Assembly (NCBI GenBank): GCA_965237905.1
Contig: OZ250172.1
Coordinates: 1,216,001 to 1,280,000, forward strand
Length of the DNA: 64,000 bases
Direction of reading: 5' to 3'
Origin: Nitrospinaceae bacterium
GTDB taxonomy: Bacteria; Nitrospinota; Nitrospinia; Nitrospinales; Nitrospinaceae
Shown here piece by piece: positions 39,636-48,353 of the stretch (its first letter is position 1; the number at the start of each line of letters is the position of its first letter). Under the pieces are notes generated by a model. That model was given only the letters and a program-made list of their open reading frames with translations, was not told where the DNA came from and did not search any database. Both the position numbers and the translations under genes were made by a program.

Positions 39636-41051
39636 TTAAGCTTGGCTCTCCAGCCCGGTCGCACAAGGCACCATGACTGCATCCACCATTCCATGAATTT
39701 TCTTTTTGTCGTGCGGGCACAGGGTAGCCAGAATACCTCCCAGCCGCGCCTGATTCTCCACCACAAAATAATAGGGCGTCAACCGCGCCCGACTCTCCAT
39801 GGTATCCATGGATTGCGTTTTTGAATTCCAGAAAGCGGCTTCGATCCGCTTGCCTTTGTGAAATTCCTGTAAAACATAGGGCTGATACGGAAACTCCGCG
39901 AGCGCCCGATCCAGGGTCTTGCCCCAATCCTCACTCGACACGTCATGCCCCATCACCACCCCCCGGCTCCCCCACGCTTCCGGAGAAAATCCCGAGGGCT
40001 TGATCACCAATTCCCGCTCTTTCTGAGTCAGGGAATACAGGTCCTGCCATTCATTGATAGGATTCCCTTTGATCCTCAAATTGGGAATCACCGCATGGGG
40101 GGGCAACGGACGGTTGTCCAACACCCATGTGTTTGGAATTAGATGAGCCAAGAGCGCAAAGGTTTCAACTCCCAGCGCTTTTTCCCACCAGGAAATGAGC
40201 GCCGGATGGTGCAACAGGGCAAAACTCAGCTTTTCTTCCAGATGCGGCTTGTAGGGCGGGGTAGTCCGAACGCGGCCCTTTTTATTGCTGAACATCAATA
40301 ATTCCACTTTGGGAATGTTTTTCAGATCAAACAACTCATAAAACCGGTACAGCACCTCGATGGGCACCTCCCGTCCCGCATCCATGACAAACAATCCCTC
40401 TTCCTTGAACAGAATCTCGCGCGGATGCACCACATAAACGGGTAAACCCCTCTTTTTCAGAATGTCTCCCAGGAAAACCATTTCGCTCCAGTAATCCCGA
40501 GCCTCATCGGAAACAACAATGGCGGTGGCACACTCTTTCTCTCCGGCGACGGATTCGACCATTTGATAAAACAGCGAAGGAATGCCGCCCTCCGCCGATC
40601 CGATAATTTTCCGGTCGTCCCGGGCATAGAGGTTCATCAATTGCGAAGTGAGTCCGAAGCCCCCGGGCACCGCATCCAGTTCCGTCACAGCAAATCCATC
40701 TTCCTTGACAATCACATCAGGTCGAATGATGCCCGGAAGCTGGGATTTGAACCGCTTCATGCGGCTGTATTCCACCAACTCAGCGGGCTTGCCCCGGTCC
40801 ATGTAGTCGGCCACCCAGGCAGGCACCCTGCCCTTCACACTGTCGAAATACAATTGATTGAGCGCGGAATAAAATTTCAAAAGATGCTGGCCGAGGTCCT
40901 GAAAAAAAGCCGCATCATTGGGAGACAGGTGAAACGGATCGGGAGAAATGCGCCAGGTGTTGTCGCCGTCGTCCGCCTGTGGGGAATACAGGCCGGACTC
41001 CATCAATGAGTTCTGAATATCGGCGCAAATGTGATCGGGGCTGGCAATCAT
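39636..41051 (-). CDS. Uncharacterised GspS / circularly permuted ATP-grasp-like amide ligase
   Basis: IRPDVI...TELDAVPGGFG, LYRFYELFD, EEKLSFALL, VIKPSG..WGSRGV, YVLQEF resemble motifs of the glutathionylspermidine/glutathione synthase ATP-grasp fold. Confidence 0.65.
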   Translation of the reverse strand: MIASPDHICADIQNSLMESGLYSPQADDGDNTWRISPDPFHLSPNDAAFFQDLGQHLLKFYSALNQLYFDSVKGRVPAWVADYMDRGKPAELVEYSRMKRFKSQLPGIIRPDVIVKEDGFAVTELDAVPGGFGLTSQLMNLYARDDRKIIGSAEGGIPSLFYQMVESVAGEKECATAIVVSDEARDYWSEMVFLGDILKKRGLPVYVVHPREILFKEEGLFVMDAGREVPIEVLYRFYELFDLKNIPKVELLMFSNKKGRVRTTPPYKPHLEEKLSFALLHHPALISWWEKALGVETFALLAHLIPNTWVLDNRPLPPHAVIPNLRIKGNPINEWQDLYSLTQKERELVIKPSGFSPEAWGSRGVVMGHDVSSEDWGKTLDRALAEFPYQPYVLQEFHKGKRIEAAFWNSKTQSMDTMESRARLTPYYFVVENQARLGGILATLCPHDKKKIHGMVDAVMVPCATGLESQA

Positions 41052-41256
41052 AGTTTCAGGTTAACATGAATGAGTCAACGAGTCAGGGGAAACGGGTCTG
41101 TCCTGTCTTATAAGGATGCAGGCTTCGCTATAAAGTTGCAGAAAACGACAACCCTCTTTGCTCACAACACCACTAGCTCCCTCGGGGATAAAACCTTTCA
41201 TGTGCCGTATCAAACAATGCTATAATCCGAGGCATTATAACGTAATTGAGGCCCTC

Positions 41257-41946
41257 GTGAAAAATCCTGACCGGCCCCCGACATCTCTGAAAACCATCGC
41301 GCTGTTCCCCCTGCCCAATTCCATTTTTTATCCCGGCACCGTTCTGCCGCTCCATATTTTTGAGGACCGCTACCGGCAAATGGTGGGCGACGCCATCGAC
41401 TCCGGCCAATGGATCGGCATGGTGCTCCTGCAACCGGGATATGAAGAAGAATACGAAGGATCGCCGGACATCAACCCCGTCGGCTGTGCCGGAAGCCTCG
41501 AACAATGGAACAAACACGACGATGGCAAATACGATATCGTCCTGCGCGGGCAAAGCCGGTTCCGCATCGTCCGCGAAGTGGGGGACACCCTCTACCGCCA
41601 GGCCGAAGTCGAATTGCTAAACAACGTCAGCGATCAACCCATCGACCCTACCGCCGACTTGTACAAACAATTGATCGGGAAATTCCACGCCTTCACCAGT
41701 CAACTGCCGCTCGACAACGCGCAGAAAGTGGAAATGGACATGCAGGATTGTAAAACATTGGGAGAGGCAGTCGACCGCGTCGCCTACTTTTTCGATCAGC
41801 CCTTGAACGACCGGCAACATTTCCTGGAAGAACGGGACGTGATCAAACGCTGCCAGCAAGTCCACGAACTGATCGACCTCAAACAACGCATCGTCCAGCA
41901 GTCCTCCATCTTCTCCAAAAAAGGCATCGACTCCCGTCTCAATTAA
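41257..41946 (+). CDS. Lon protease N-terminal substrate-binding domain protein
   Basis: LFPLPNSIFYPGTVLPLHIFEDRYRQM, DGKYDIVLRGQSRF; extended -10 TGCTATAAT at 41218-41226 supports GTG 41257. Confidence 0.88.
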   Translation: MKNPDRPPTSLKTIALFPLPNSIFYPGTVLPLHIFEDRYRQMVGDAIDSGQWIGMVLLQPGYEEEYEGSPDINPVGCAGSLEQWNKHDDGKYDIVLRGQSRFRIVREVGDTLYRQAEVELLNNVSDQPIDPTADLYKQLIGKFHAFTSQLPLDNAQKVEMDMQDCKTLGEAVDRVAYFFDQPLNDRQHFLEERDVIKRCQQVHELIDLKQRIVQQSSIFSKKGIDSRLN

Positions 41947-41961
41947 CCGGCGTGCAGTAGA

Positions 41962-43578
41962 TTAAATCCGTCCCGCCATGCCGCCGTAGGCGATGCCGGT
42001 GAGATCGGCCATGTCTTTTTTCCAGGCGGTGAGGTCGCCTGCATTGAACTGGTTGAGGTGAGTGTGACCGCAGGCCCGCGCCAGGACTTTCATCAACTCC
42101 ACCGACGCGTTAAAAAAATTACCGAGCTGTTGGGAGGATTTCTCCATATCCAACCGTTGCCGCAGATGTTCTTTCTGGGTGGCAATGCCCACCGGGCAAT
42201 TGTTGGTATGGCACGCCCGCATGCCGATACAACCGATCGCCTGGATCGCCGCGTTGGAAATGGCAATGGCATCGGCGCCCAGAGCCAGCGCTTTTGCGAA
42301 GTCGGCGGGGACCCGCAGACCACCGGTGATGACCAGCGTGATGTCCTTGCGGTCCAGCCGGTCCAGATAATGCCGCGCGCGTGCCAGGGCCGGAATGGTG
42401 GGAACGGAAATGTTATCGCGAAACAGGAGCGGCGCGGCACCGGTACCCCCGCCGCGTCCGTCCAAAATAATGTAATCGACGCCCACTTCCAACGCCGCGT
42501 CGATGTCGTCTTCAATATGCTGGGCCGACAATTTGTAGCCGATGGGAATCCCACCCGTCGCTTCGCGCACTTCGGCAGCGAATGCCTTGATGGGTTGAAT
42601 GTCTTTCCAGTCCGGAAACCGCGGAGGAGACACCGCTGGTTCGCCTTCTTTGAGACCGCGCACCTGGGCGATCTTACCCTTCACTTTTTCACCCGGCAGG
42701 TGACCGCCGGTTCCGGTCTTCGCGCCCTGCCCGCCCTTGAAGTGAAACGCCTGACACCGTTGAATCTTGTCCATGGAATACCCGAACCGGCCCGACGCCA
42801 GCTCATAAAAATAGCGGCTGTTGGCCGCCTGCTCTTCGGGCAACATCCCGCCTTCGCCACTGCAGATGCCGGTCCCCGCCTGCTCCGCACCCATCGCCAG
42901 TGCCACCTTGGCTTCTTCCGACAACGCACCGAAACTCATGTCCGACACGAATAGCGGAATTTTCAGCGTCAGCGGTTTCTTGGCGTTGGGACCAATGACC
43001 ACTTCCGTGCCTACCGGGTCATCGTCCAACAAAGGCACCGTGGCCAACTGAGCGGTCACAAACTGAATGTCATCCCACAAAGGAAGCTCGTCGCGCGGCA
43101 CCCCCATCGCCGCAACACTGCCGTGATGCCCCAGCTTCGATAACCCCTCTTTCGCCAACTGCTGGATAAAATGGTTGTGCGGCTCTGCATCGGTGCCCCC
43201 GGTATCGGCATACAGCCCGAGATAGGCGTTGCGGTCAAATGGTTGCGGATGCTCTTTTGCCCATTCAGCGATCTCCTCTTCATCCACAAACACGGCTCGG
43301 TTCTCCAACCATGAGGAAAATTTGGGGAGCACTTCTTCGTGGCTGTACTCGCTGACGCCGGTGTCGTACCGGAAATCCCATCTATGAACGCCGCAAATCA
43401 AATTGGTTCCGGACACAAACCCGTCGCTCAACAACGCACCTCGGTGCGGACAGCGGCCATAGAATACGGAAACCTCTTTGTCATACCTGACGATCACCAG
43501 GTCCACATTCGACACCAGCGCATACGCCGGCACCCGGTCTTTAAGAGCGCTCCACTGCGCCACTTCCACTTTTTGCAT
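41962..43578 (-). CDS. Rieske [2Fe-2S] domain fused to an FMN-binding glutamate-synthase-like domain
   Basis: CPHRG...CGVHRW Rieske ligands; MSFGALS, SGEGG, GQGAKTGTGGHLPG, DGRGGGTGAAP, CIGMRACHTNNCPVG. Confidence 0.9.
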   Translation of the reverse strand: MQKVEVAQWSALKDRVPAYALVSNVDLVIVRYDKEVSVFYGRCPHRGALLSDGFVSGTNLICGVHRWDFRYDTGVSEYSHEEVLPKFSSWLENRAVFVDEEEIAEWAKEHPQPFDRNAYLGLYADTGGTDAEPHNHFIQQLAKEGLSKLGHHGSVAAMGVPRDELPLWDDIQFVTAQLATVPLLDDDPVGTEVVIGPNAKKPLTLKIPLFVSDMSFGALSEEAKVALAMGAEQAGTGICSGEGGMLPEEQAANSRYFYELASGRFGYSMDKIQRCQAFHFKGGQGAKTGTGGHLPGEKVKGKIAQVRGLKEGEPAVSPPRFPDWKDIQPIKAFAAEVREATGGIPIGYKLSAQHIEDDIDAALEVGVDYIILDGRGGGTGAAPLLFRDNISVPTIPALARARHYLDRLDRKDITLVITGGLRVPADFAKALALGADAIAISNAAIQAIGCIGMRACHTNNCPVGIATQKEHLRQRLDMEKSSQQLGNFFNASVELMKVLARACGHTHLNQFNAGDLTAWKKDMADLTGIAYGGMAGRI

Positions 43579-43659
43579 TCAGGTTCTCCATGATTAAGGT
43601 TTGGAATACAGCGATCATGATTAGATCGGTCCAGCAGGCTTGAAATTACTTTTAATTTT

Positions 43660-44550
43660 TTAACCCGTTGTAGATTTTTTGAAGCGGACAATTTTCCATC
43701 CCTGCAGGGCGAGAAGATACCCGTTACCCAGGAAGATTACCAGAACCAGGAACAGTTCCAGTTGGTTCAATAAAGACAATACGATCAGCAACATGGTGTT
43801 GGTACAGACGCACAAGGGACCCATTTGGGTAAGAAAGGTTTTATCGGCAACCCAGCGTTTTTTATGCTCCTCGTTTTCCCGGTAATCCGCCATCTCGCGG
43901 CTGACACGGTCCAGCGCCGCGATCAGCGCATCCTGCCAGCCGTAGACGATATTGTGAAACCGTTGCAGAAAATGAACCCAGGGAGAAGTCTCGCCCGACT
44001 TCACCGCTTGGCGATCTTTTTCCGTTATCGTTTCATTCGTACGATTTTTCTGGTAGGACCCCACCCAGTCGGTATAGCTGACGTAATAATAGACCCAGTA
44101 ACTGCACTGCAAGAGACTGCTGACTAGCGCCATGAGTCCCACTAACAAGATGGGACCGGGACTCGAAGAATCCTGCGCCATCCGAAAGGTGATGGCGCCA
44201 TACACCAGCACGGAAACGATAAAATCAGAAAACGAATCGAGAAAACGGCCGAGACGCGACTCCTCCCCTCTCAGACGCGCCAGGTTGCCGTCGACATTAT
44301 CGAGAAACAATTTTCCATATAAGAAAATTGCGCCCCATATCAGCGCCGTCTCTGTACCCGAAACATAAAACACAGCGGCGATAAGACCCATCCCCAGCGC
44401 AACCATCGTCAATTGGTTGGCGGAAATCGATAACGGATACAAGAGGCGCACCACCCAGCGGTTGGGAAAATACCACCACTCATTCACATCGAAGAACCGA
44501 CAGCCCTCCGGCAGTTTTTCCATTTTGCGAAAGTCGATGGGATCGGCCAT
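43660..44550 (-). CDS. CDP-alcohol phosphatidyltransferase family protein
   Basis: ISANQLT and DNVDGNLARLRGEESRLGRFLDSFSD signature; likely start ATG 44550 after GGAGA. Confidence 0.88.
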   Translation of the reverse strand: MADPIDFRKMEKLPEGCRFFDVNEWWYFPNRWVVRLLYPLSISANQLTMVALGMGLIAAVFYVSGTETALIWGAIFLYGKLFLDNVDGNLARLRGEESRLGRFLDSFSDFIVSVLVYGAITFRMAQDSSSPGPILLVGLMALVSSLLQCSYWVYYYVSYTDWVGSYQKNRTNETITEKDRQAVKSGETSPWVHFLQRFHNIVYGWQDALIAALDRVSREMADYRENEEHKKRWVADKTFLTQMGPLCVCTNTMLLIVLSLLNQLELFLVLVIFLGNGYLLALQGWKIVRFKKSTTG

Positions 44551-44566
44551 GAACGGTCTCCCGGCG

Positions 44567-46285
44567 TCAGCAGATGCCGCAGATTTTGCAGGTGGCGGTG
44601 TCGCACACGGGGGTGTGCTTGTGACGCAGAGCGCGCTGGTAATCCTGCCAGAGAAATTTCGGGAAGTATCCATGATCGACGATATCCCACGGCAAGTGAT
44701 CGTCTTTTTCAAATTGGCGGTATGCCGCATGATCGGGGTGCGGTTCGGCTTTTTGCAACGCGGCTTTTTCGTCGTGGCCGTTGGCAAGATACTCCTGAAA
44801 GAACGACAATACCCGCCGGTCGCCCCGCGATAAATAAGTCTGCAGATACGCTTCGTTGGGCGACCCGAAACTGAGCTCAATGTTCGGCAATTTACCCAGG
44901 GCCTTGCGCACTTTCATGAATCTCTTTTTCAGCACCGCCACACTTTCCATCGGGTGCCATTGAAACGGCGTGCCCGGTTTCGGGATCAGCGGACTCAAAC
45001 CGATGGTGACCGTACCAATGTTGCCGCGTTTGCGGCAGGCCTCCACATACACCTTTTGAACATTTTCGATCAGGCGGAGGAACTGATCGATATCGTCATC
45101 CGTTTCCGTCGGCAGGCCGATGATCGAATAGATTTTGAGATGCAGGATGCCCTTTTCGGTCAGGAAGCGGCACTTGTCGATGACAAAATCGTCGCTCGCC
45201 GATTTGTTGATGACGTCGCGCATACGCTCTGACGGCGCATCGATTGCCACCGTCAAGGTTTTCTGCCCACTCTTAATGATCAGGTCGACCAGCTCGTCAG
45301 TCAGCGTTTCCATACGCAGGGAGGAAAATGAAAGCTTCTTGCCCTCCGCCACCAGCCGCCGCGCCAGACCCAGCAGTTGCGGATGATCGGTCACCGACGG
45401 ACCCACCAAGCCAATAGTCGATGCCTCCTTTCCCTGATTGATCAATACCCGCTCCAGCGAATTATAGGTCTGCGTCAAATCCGGTTCGCGCGGTGGGCGG
45501 TAGATGAATCCGGCGGTGCAGAAGCGGCATGCCCAGATGCACCCGCGCGTCACCTCCATCAACGCCATGTTCTTGAATGCGGTCGCCTCCTCGTGTAGTT
45601 CCGAATGCGTGCACAACTCCGGCGAACCTTCCGGCACCCATTGACGTTCCACGCGCTCGGCCACAAAGGGTTCGGCTTTGAGTGCCGTTTGCTTTGCCTC
45701 GTTATAAACCGGCTCGTAATATTTTGGGACATAGATACCCGGCTGTTGCGCCAGGTCCTTTAATAGTTCGCGCGGGTCGTTCCATGGGGAATGCGTGACG
45801 TGCTTGAAAAACCGTTCCGCCATGCCTTCACCCTCGCCGATGAAGCACAGGTCGAGAATATCCGCCAGCGGCTCCGGGTTGATGAACAACGCCGATCCCC
45901 CGGCAGTAACCAACGGGTATTGCGGTCCGCGTTGTTTGCGGTCCAGCGGAATGCCGAAATAATCGAGAATCAATACCGTGTTCAGGTAATCCGGCTCGAA
46001 GGAGATGGAAAACGCGATGAAGTCGAAGTCCATCGGCAGTCGACCCAGGTCGTGCGAGCGCAGTTGATCCGACTTCAGGGGTTGCGTGGTCGGGTCCCAT
46101 CCCGTCGGCAGGCTGAAGCGGTCGCAGGTCACTTCGTCGATGGCATTCAGCAGGCTGTACACCCGCTGAAATCCGAGATTGGCCAGGGCCACATCGCTGG
46201 TACTGGGGTAGATCAGCAACACGCTGACCGGGCGAATGGCGCCTGAAATCTCGCTTAATTGTTCCTCTAGGGCTGTTTCCATCAT
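44567..46285 (-). CDS. Radical SAM protein, TIGR03960/YgiQ-like, with a Cys-rich C-terminus
   Basis: NLGFQ, FSISFEPDY, NPEPLAD...GEGE, EVTRGCIWACRFC, PKPGTPFQW, LPWD, CDTATCKICGIC. Confidence 0.85.
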   Translation of the reverse strand: MMETALEEQLSEISGAIRPVSVLLIYPSTSDVALANLGFQRVYSLLNAIDEVTCDRFSLPTGWDPTTQPLKSDQLRSHDLGRLPMDFDFIAFSISFEPDYLNTVLILDYFGIPLDRKQRGPQYPLVTAGGSALFINPEPLADILDLCFIGEGEGMAERFFKHVTHSPWNDPRELLKDLAQQPGIYVPKYYEPVYNEAKQTALKAEPFVAERVERQWVPEGSPELCTHSELHEEATAFKNMALMEVTRGCIWACRFCTAGFIYRPPREPDLTQTYNSLERVLINQGKEASTIGLVGPSVTDHPQLLGLARRLVAEGKKLSFSSLRMETLTDELVDLIIKSGQKTLTVAIDAPSERMRDVINKSASDDFVIDKCRFLTEKGILHLKIYSIIGLPTETDDDIDQFLRLIENVQKVYVEACRKRGNIGTVTIGLSPLIPKPGTPFQWHPMESVAVLKKRFMKVRKALGKLPNIELSFGSPNEAYLQTYLSRGDRRVLSFFQEYLANGHDEKAALQKAEPHPDHAAYRQFEKDDHLPWDIVDHGYFPKFLWQDYQRALRHKHTPVCDTATCKICGIC

Positions 46286-46357
46286 ATAATCGAAAGAATT
46301 AATCGGAAATAGCATCATACTCTAAAACTTCCTTGCGGACCAGAGCCCGCGGCACTT

Positions 46358-47464
46358 ATGAACTCAAATCCCCCACAATCCGATCCTAACGAGCGGATGA
46401 AGTCCTATCTGGGAAAGATCGCCACTGGACCCAAAATGAGCAAGGATCTCACCCGGGACGAGGCGGAGGATGCTTTGTTGGTGATTTTAAACGGTGAAGT
46501 ATCGAGCGAACGCGCGGCGGTGTTCCTGATCGCCGCCCGTATGAAACTGGAAACCGTGGAAGAGAATATCGGCTACTGGAAAGCGCTCGATGCCACCACC
46601 GTCAACCAGGAGATGAAATTCGACAAGCTGGTACAAGTCGCCGAGGCGTTCGACGGATTTGAGCGGACGCCCATTTTCACGTTTTACACGATTCCCCTGC
46701 TGACGGAAATGGACCTGCCCGCTTATGGCCATTCAGCTTTACCTCTGCCGCCCAAGTGCGGCATCACGTTCGAGGACCTGCTGGTGAACCATTATGGGGT
46801 TTCAGCGGACCACACCTTTGATCACAGAAAAGCGCTCATCGAGAAATTCGGGTTCGGTTACCTCAGCACGCAACAGAGCCATCCGAAACTGGACGCCTTA
46901 AAATCCCTGCGTACCGAAATCGTAAAACGTCCCATGCTGGCCACGATGGAAAAAATGCTGATGCCGTTGCAGGCGAAGAACAATTACCTCGCCACCAATT
47001 ACTTTCATCCGGGATATGAAGAATCCATGCTGGCTGTCGCCCCGTTGGGCGGTTGGGACATCGCCGTGGTCGGTAATGGGATGGAGGGTTCCATATTATA
47101 TGGCGTGCACAAGACCGCCAAACTGTTCATCCATCTGAATAAGATCGGGGTGCAGGAGAAAAAACTGGATGTCAGCCGCGAGTTGGAGCCCTCAACCGCT
47201 CAACAGATTCAGGAAGCGTTTGAAGCGTTGAAAAAAATCCCCGCGAGCCGGGAGAAAGTGGCCGAACTCGGGGAACAGGCGCTCCAGGGCAAAGGCGGAC
47301 CCACCGCACCGCTCATCGCCTGGCAAGCCGCGACGCTGGGATATCTGTTCGGCCGCTTCCAGGACGTGCCCAGCGGATACGAAACTGCCCACAGCCTTCT
47401 CAACTCCGGCAACTGTTATCAGAAATTGATGGGGTATTTGGAAGAATGTAAAAGGAAGGATTAA
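46358..47464 (+). CDS. Anthranilate-phosphoribosyltransferase-like (YbiB/TrpD2) protein
   Basis: KIATGPKMSKDLTRDEA, AVFLIAARMKLET, RPMLATMEK, YFHPGY, GMEGS. Confidence 0.75.
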   Translation: MNSNPPQSDPNERMKSYLGKIATGPKMSKDLTRDEAEDALLVILNGEVSSERAAVFLIAARMKLETVEENIGYWKALDATTVNQEMKFDKLVQVAEAFDGFERTPIFTFYTIPLLTEMDLPAYGHSALPLPPKCGITFEDLLVNHYGVSADHTFDHRKALIEKFGFGYLSTQQSHPKLDALKSLRTEIVKRPMLATMEKMLMPLQAKNNYLATNYFHPGYEESMLAVAPLGGWDIAVVGNGMEGSILYGVHKTAKLFIHLNKIGVQEKKLDVSRELEPSTAQQIQEAFEALKKIPASREKVAELGEQALQGKGGPTAPLIAWQAATLGYLFGRFQDVPSGYETAHSLLNSGNCYQKLMGYLEECKRKD

Positions 47465-47470
47465 AAAACT

Positions 47471-48196
47471 TCAAACACTAACAGGCGATGCTTCCGGCAT
47501 TTCGTCCCAGGTTCGACCCTCAAGCTCTCGGCCGGCTTTTTTCTTCTGGACGCCACCCCATTGCTTGAAGAAGAATGGGACACCTTGTTTTTCACATTGA
47601 TTTTTGATTCCCAAGACCCATTCTTCTTTCATAGGCCGGGCTCCGGGACCGCTTTCCCCGCCAACAATGACCCAATCGATTTTCTTCAAGCTGAACCGGC
47701 CTATGGGCCCGAGCAACGGCTCGACGGATAAAAACCGCACGTTGGCTGGAACCTTCCTGAGATGATTGACCCGCCACAGAGTATCCCGGTTTTCGACGGA
47801 AACCCCCATCCACACGTTTTTGGGCCAGTTCAGTTTGGGAGCTAACTCTTCCAGGCGCTCCGCTCGCTTGGTCAACACTTGAAAAATATGCCAGTCAGCC
47901 TTGGCCATTACCTCAAATACCTCTTGGATATAAGCTAAGGGCACTTCTTCATGAAACAGATCACTCATGCTGTTGACGAAAATGGTGCGCGATTTTTTCC
48001 ATAAAAGCGGCTGCTCCAGACGCTTGGGCCAAAGCTTAAGGTCAAACCCCTGCTCATAGGGATGCCCCGGTATACCCCGCCACCGCTCGGCAAAGGTTTC
48101 GGCATAACAGTGCGCACAACCCGGACTGATTTTGGTACACCCCGTCACCGGATTCCACGTCGAATCCGTCCATTCAATTGTGGAGTTTTGACTCAC
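47471..48196 (-). CDS. DUF5131 / phage Gp37-Gp68 family radical-SAM-like protein
   Basis: IEWTDSTWNPVTGCTKISPGCAHCYAE, IFVNSMSDLFH, FQVLTKR, WMGVSVE, FLSVEPLLGP, WVIVGGESG, FFFKQWGG. Confidence 0.93.
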   Translation of the reverse strand: MSQNSTIEWTDSTWNPVTGCTKISPGCAHCYAETFAERWRGIPGHPYEQGFDLKLWPKRLEQPLLWKKSRTIFVNSMSDLFHEEVPLAYIQEVFEVMAKADWHIFQVLTKRAERLEELAPKLNWPKNVWMGVSVENRDTLWRVNHLRKVPANVRFLSVEPLLGPIGRFSLKKIDWVIVGGESGPGARPMKEEWVLGIKNQCEKQGVPFFFKQWGGVQKKKAGRELEGRTWDEMPEASPVSV

Positions 48197-48353
48197 AACT
48201 CTATAATTTTCAATAAATTAAAAGATTTAATCTTGTTTAACATTAATAATAGCATTATAGCTGAAAAATTTAACATGATAAAGATATTGCCCTATAATTC
48301 AATTCGGCAACCCAATATGATGCCCAATTTTACTTTTACAAAACTTCGATCTT

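Noticed and set aside
44551..44880. N-terminal extension of the CDP-alcohol phosphotransferase ORF
   Set aside because: It overlaps the radical SAM gene in another frame; an RBS and ATG at 44550 give a better start
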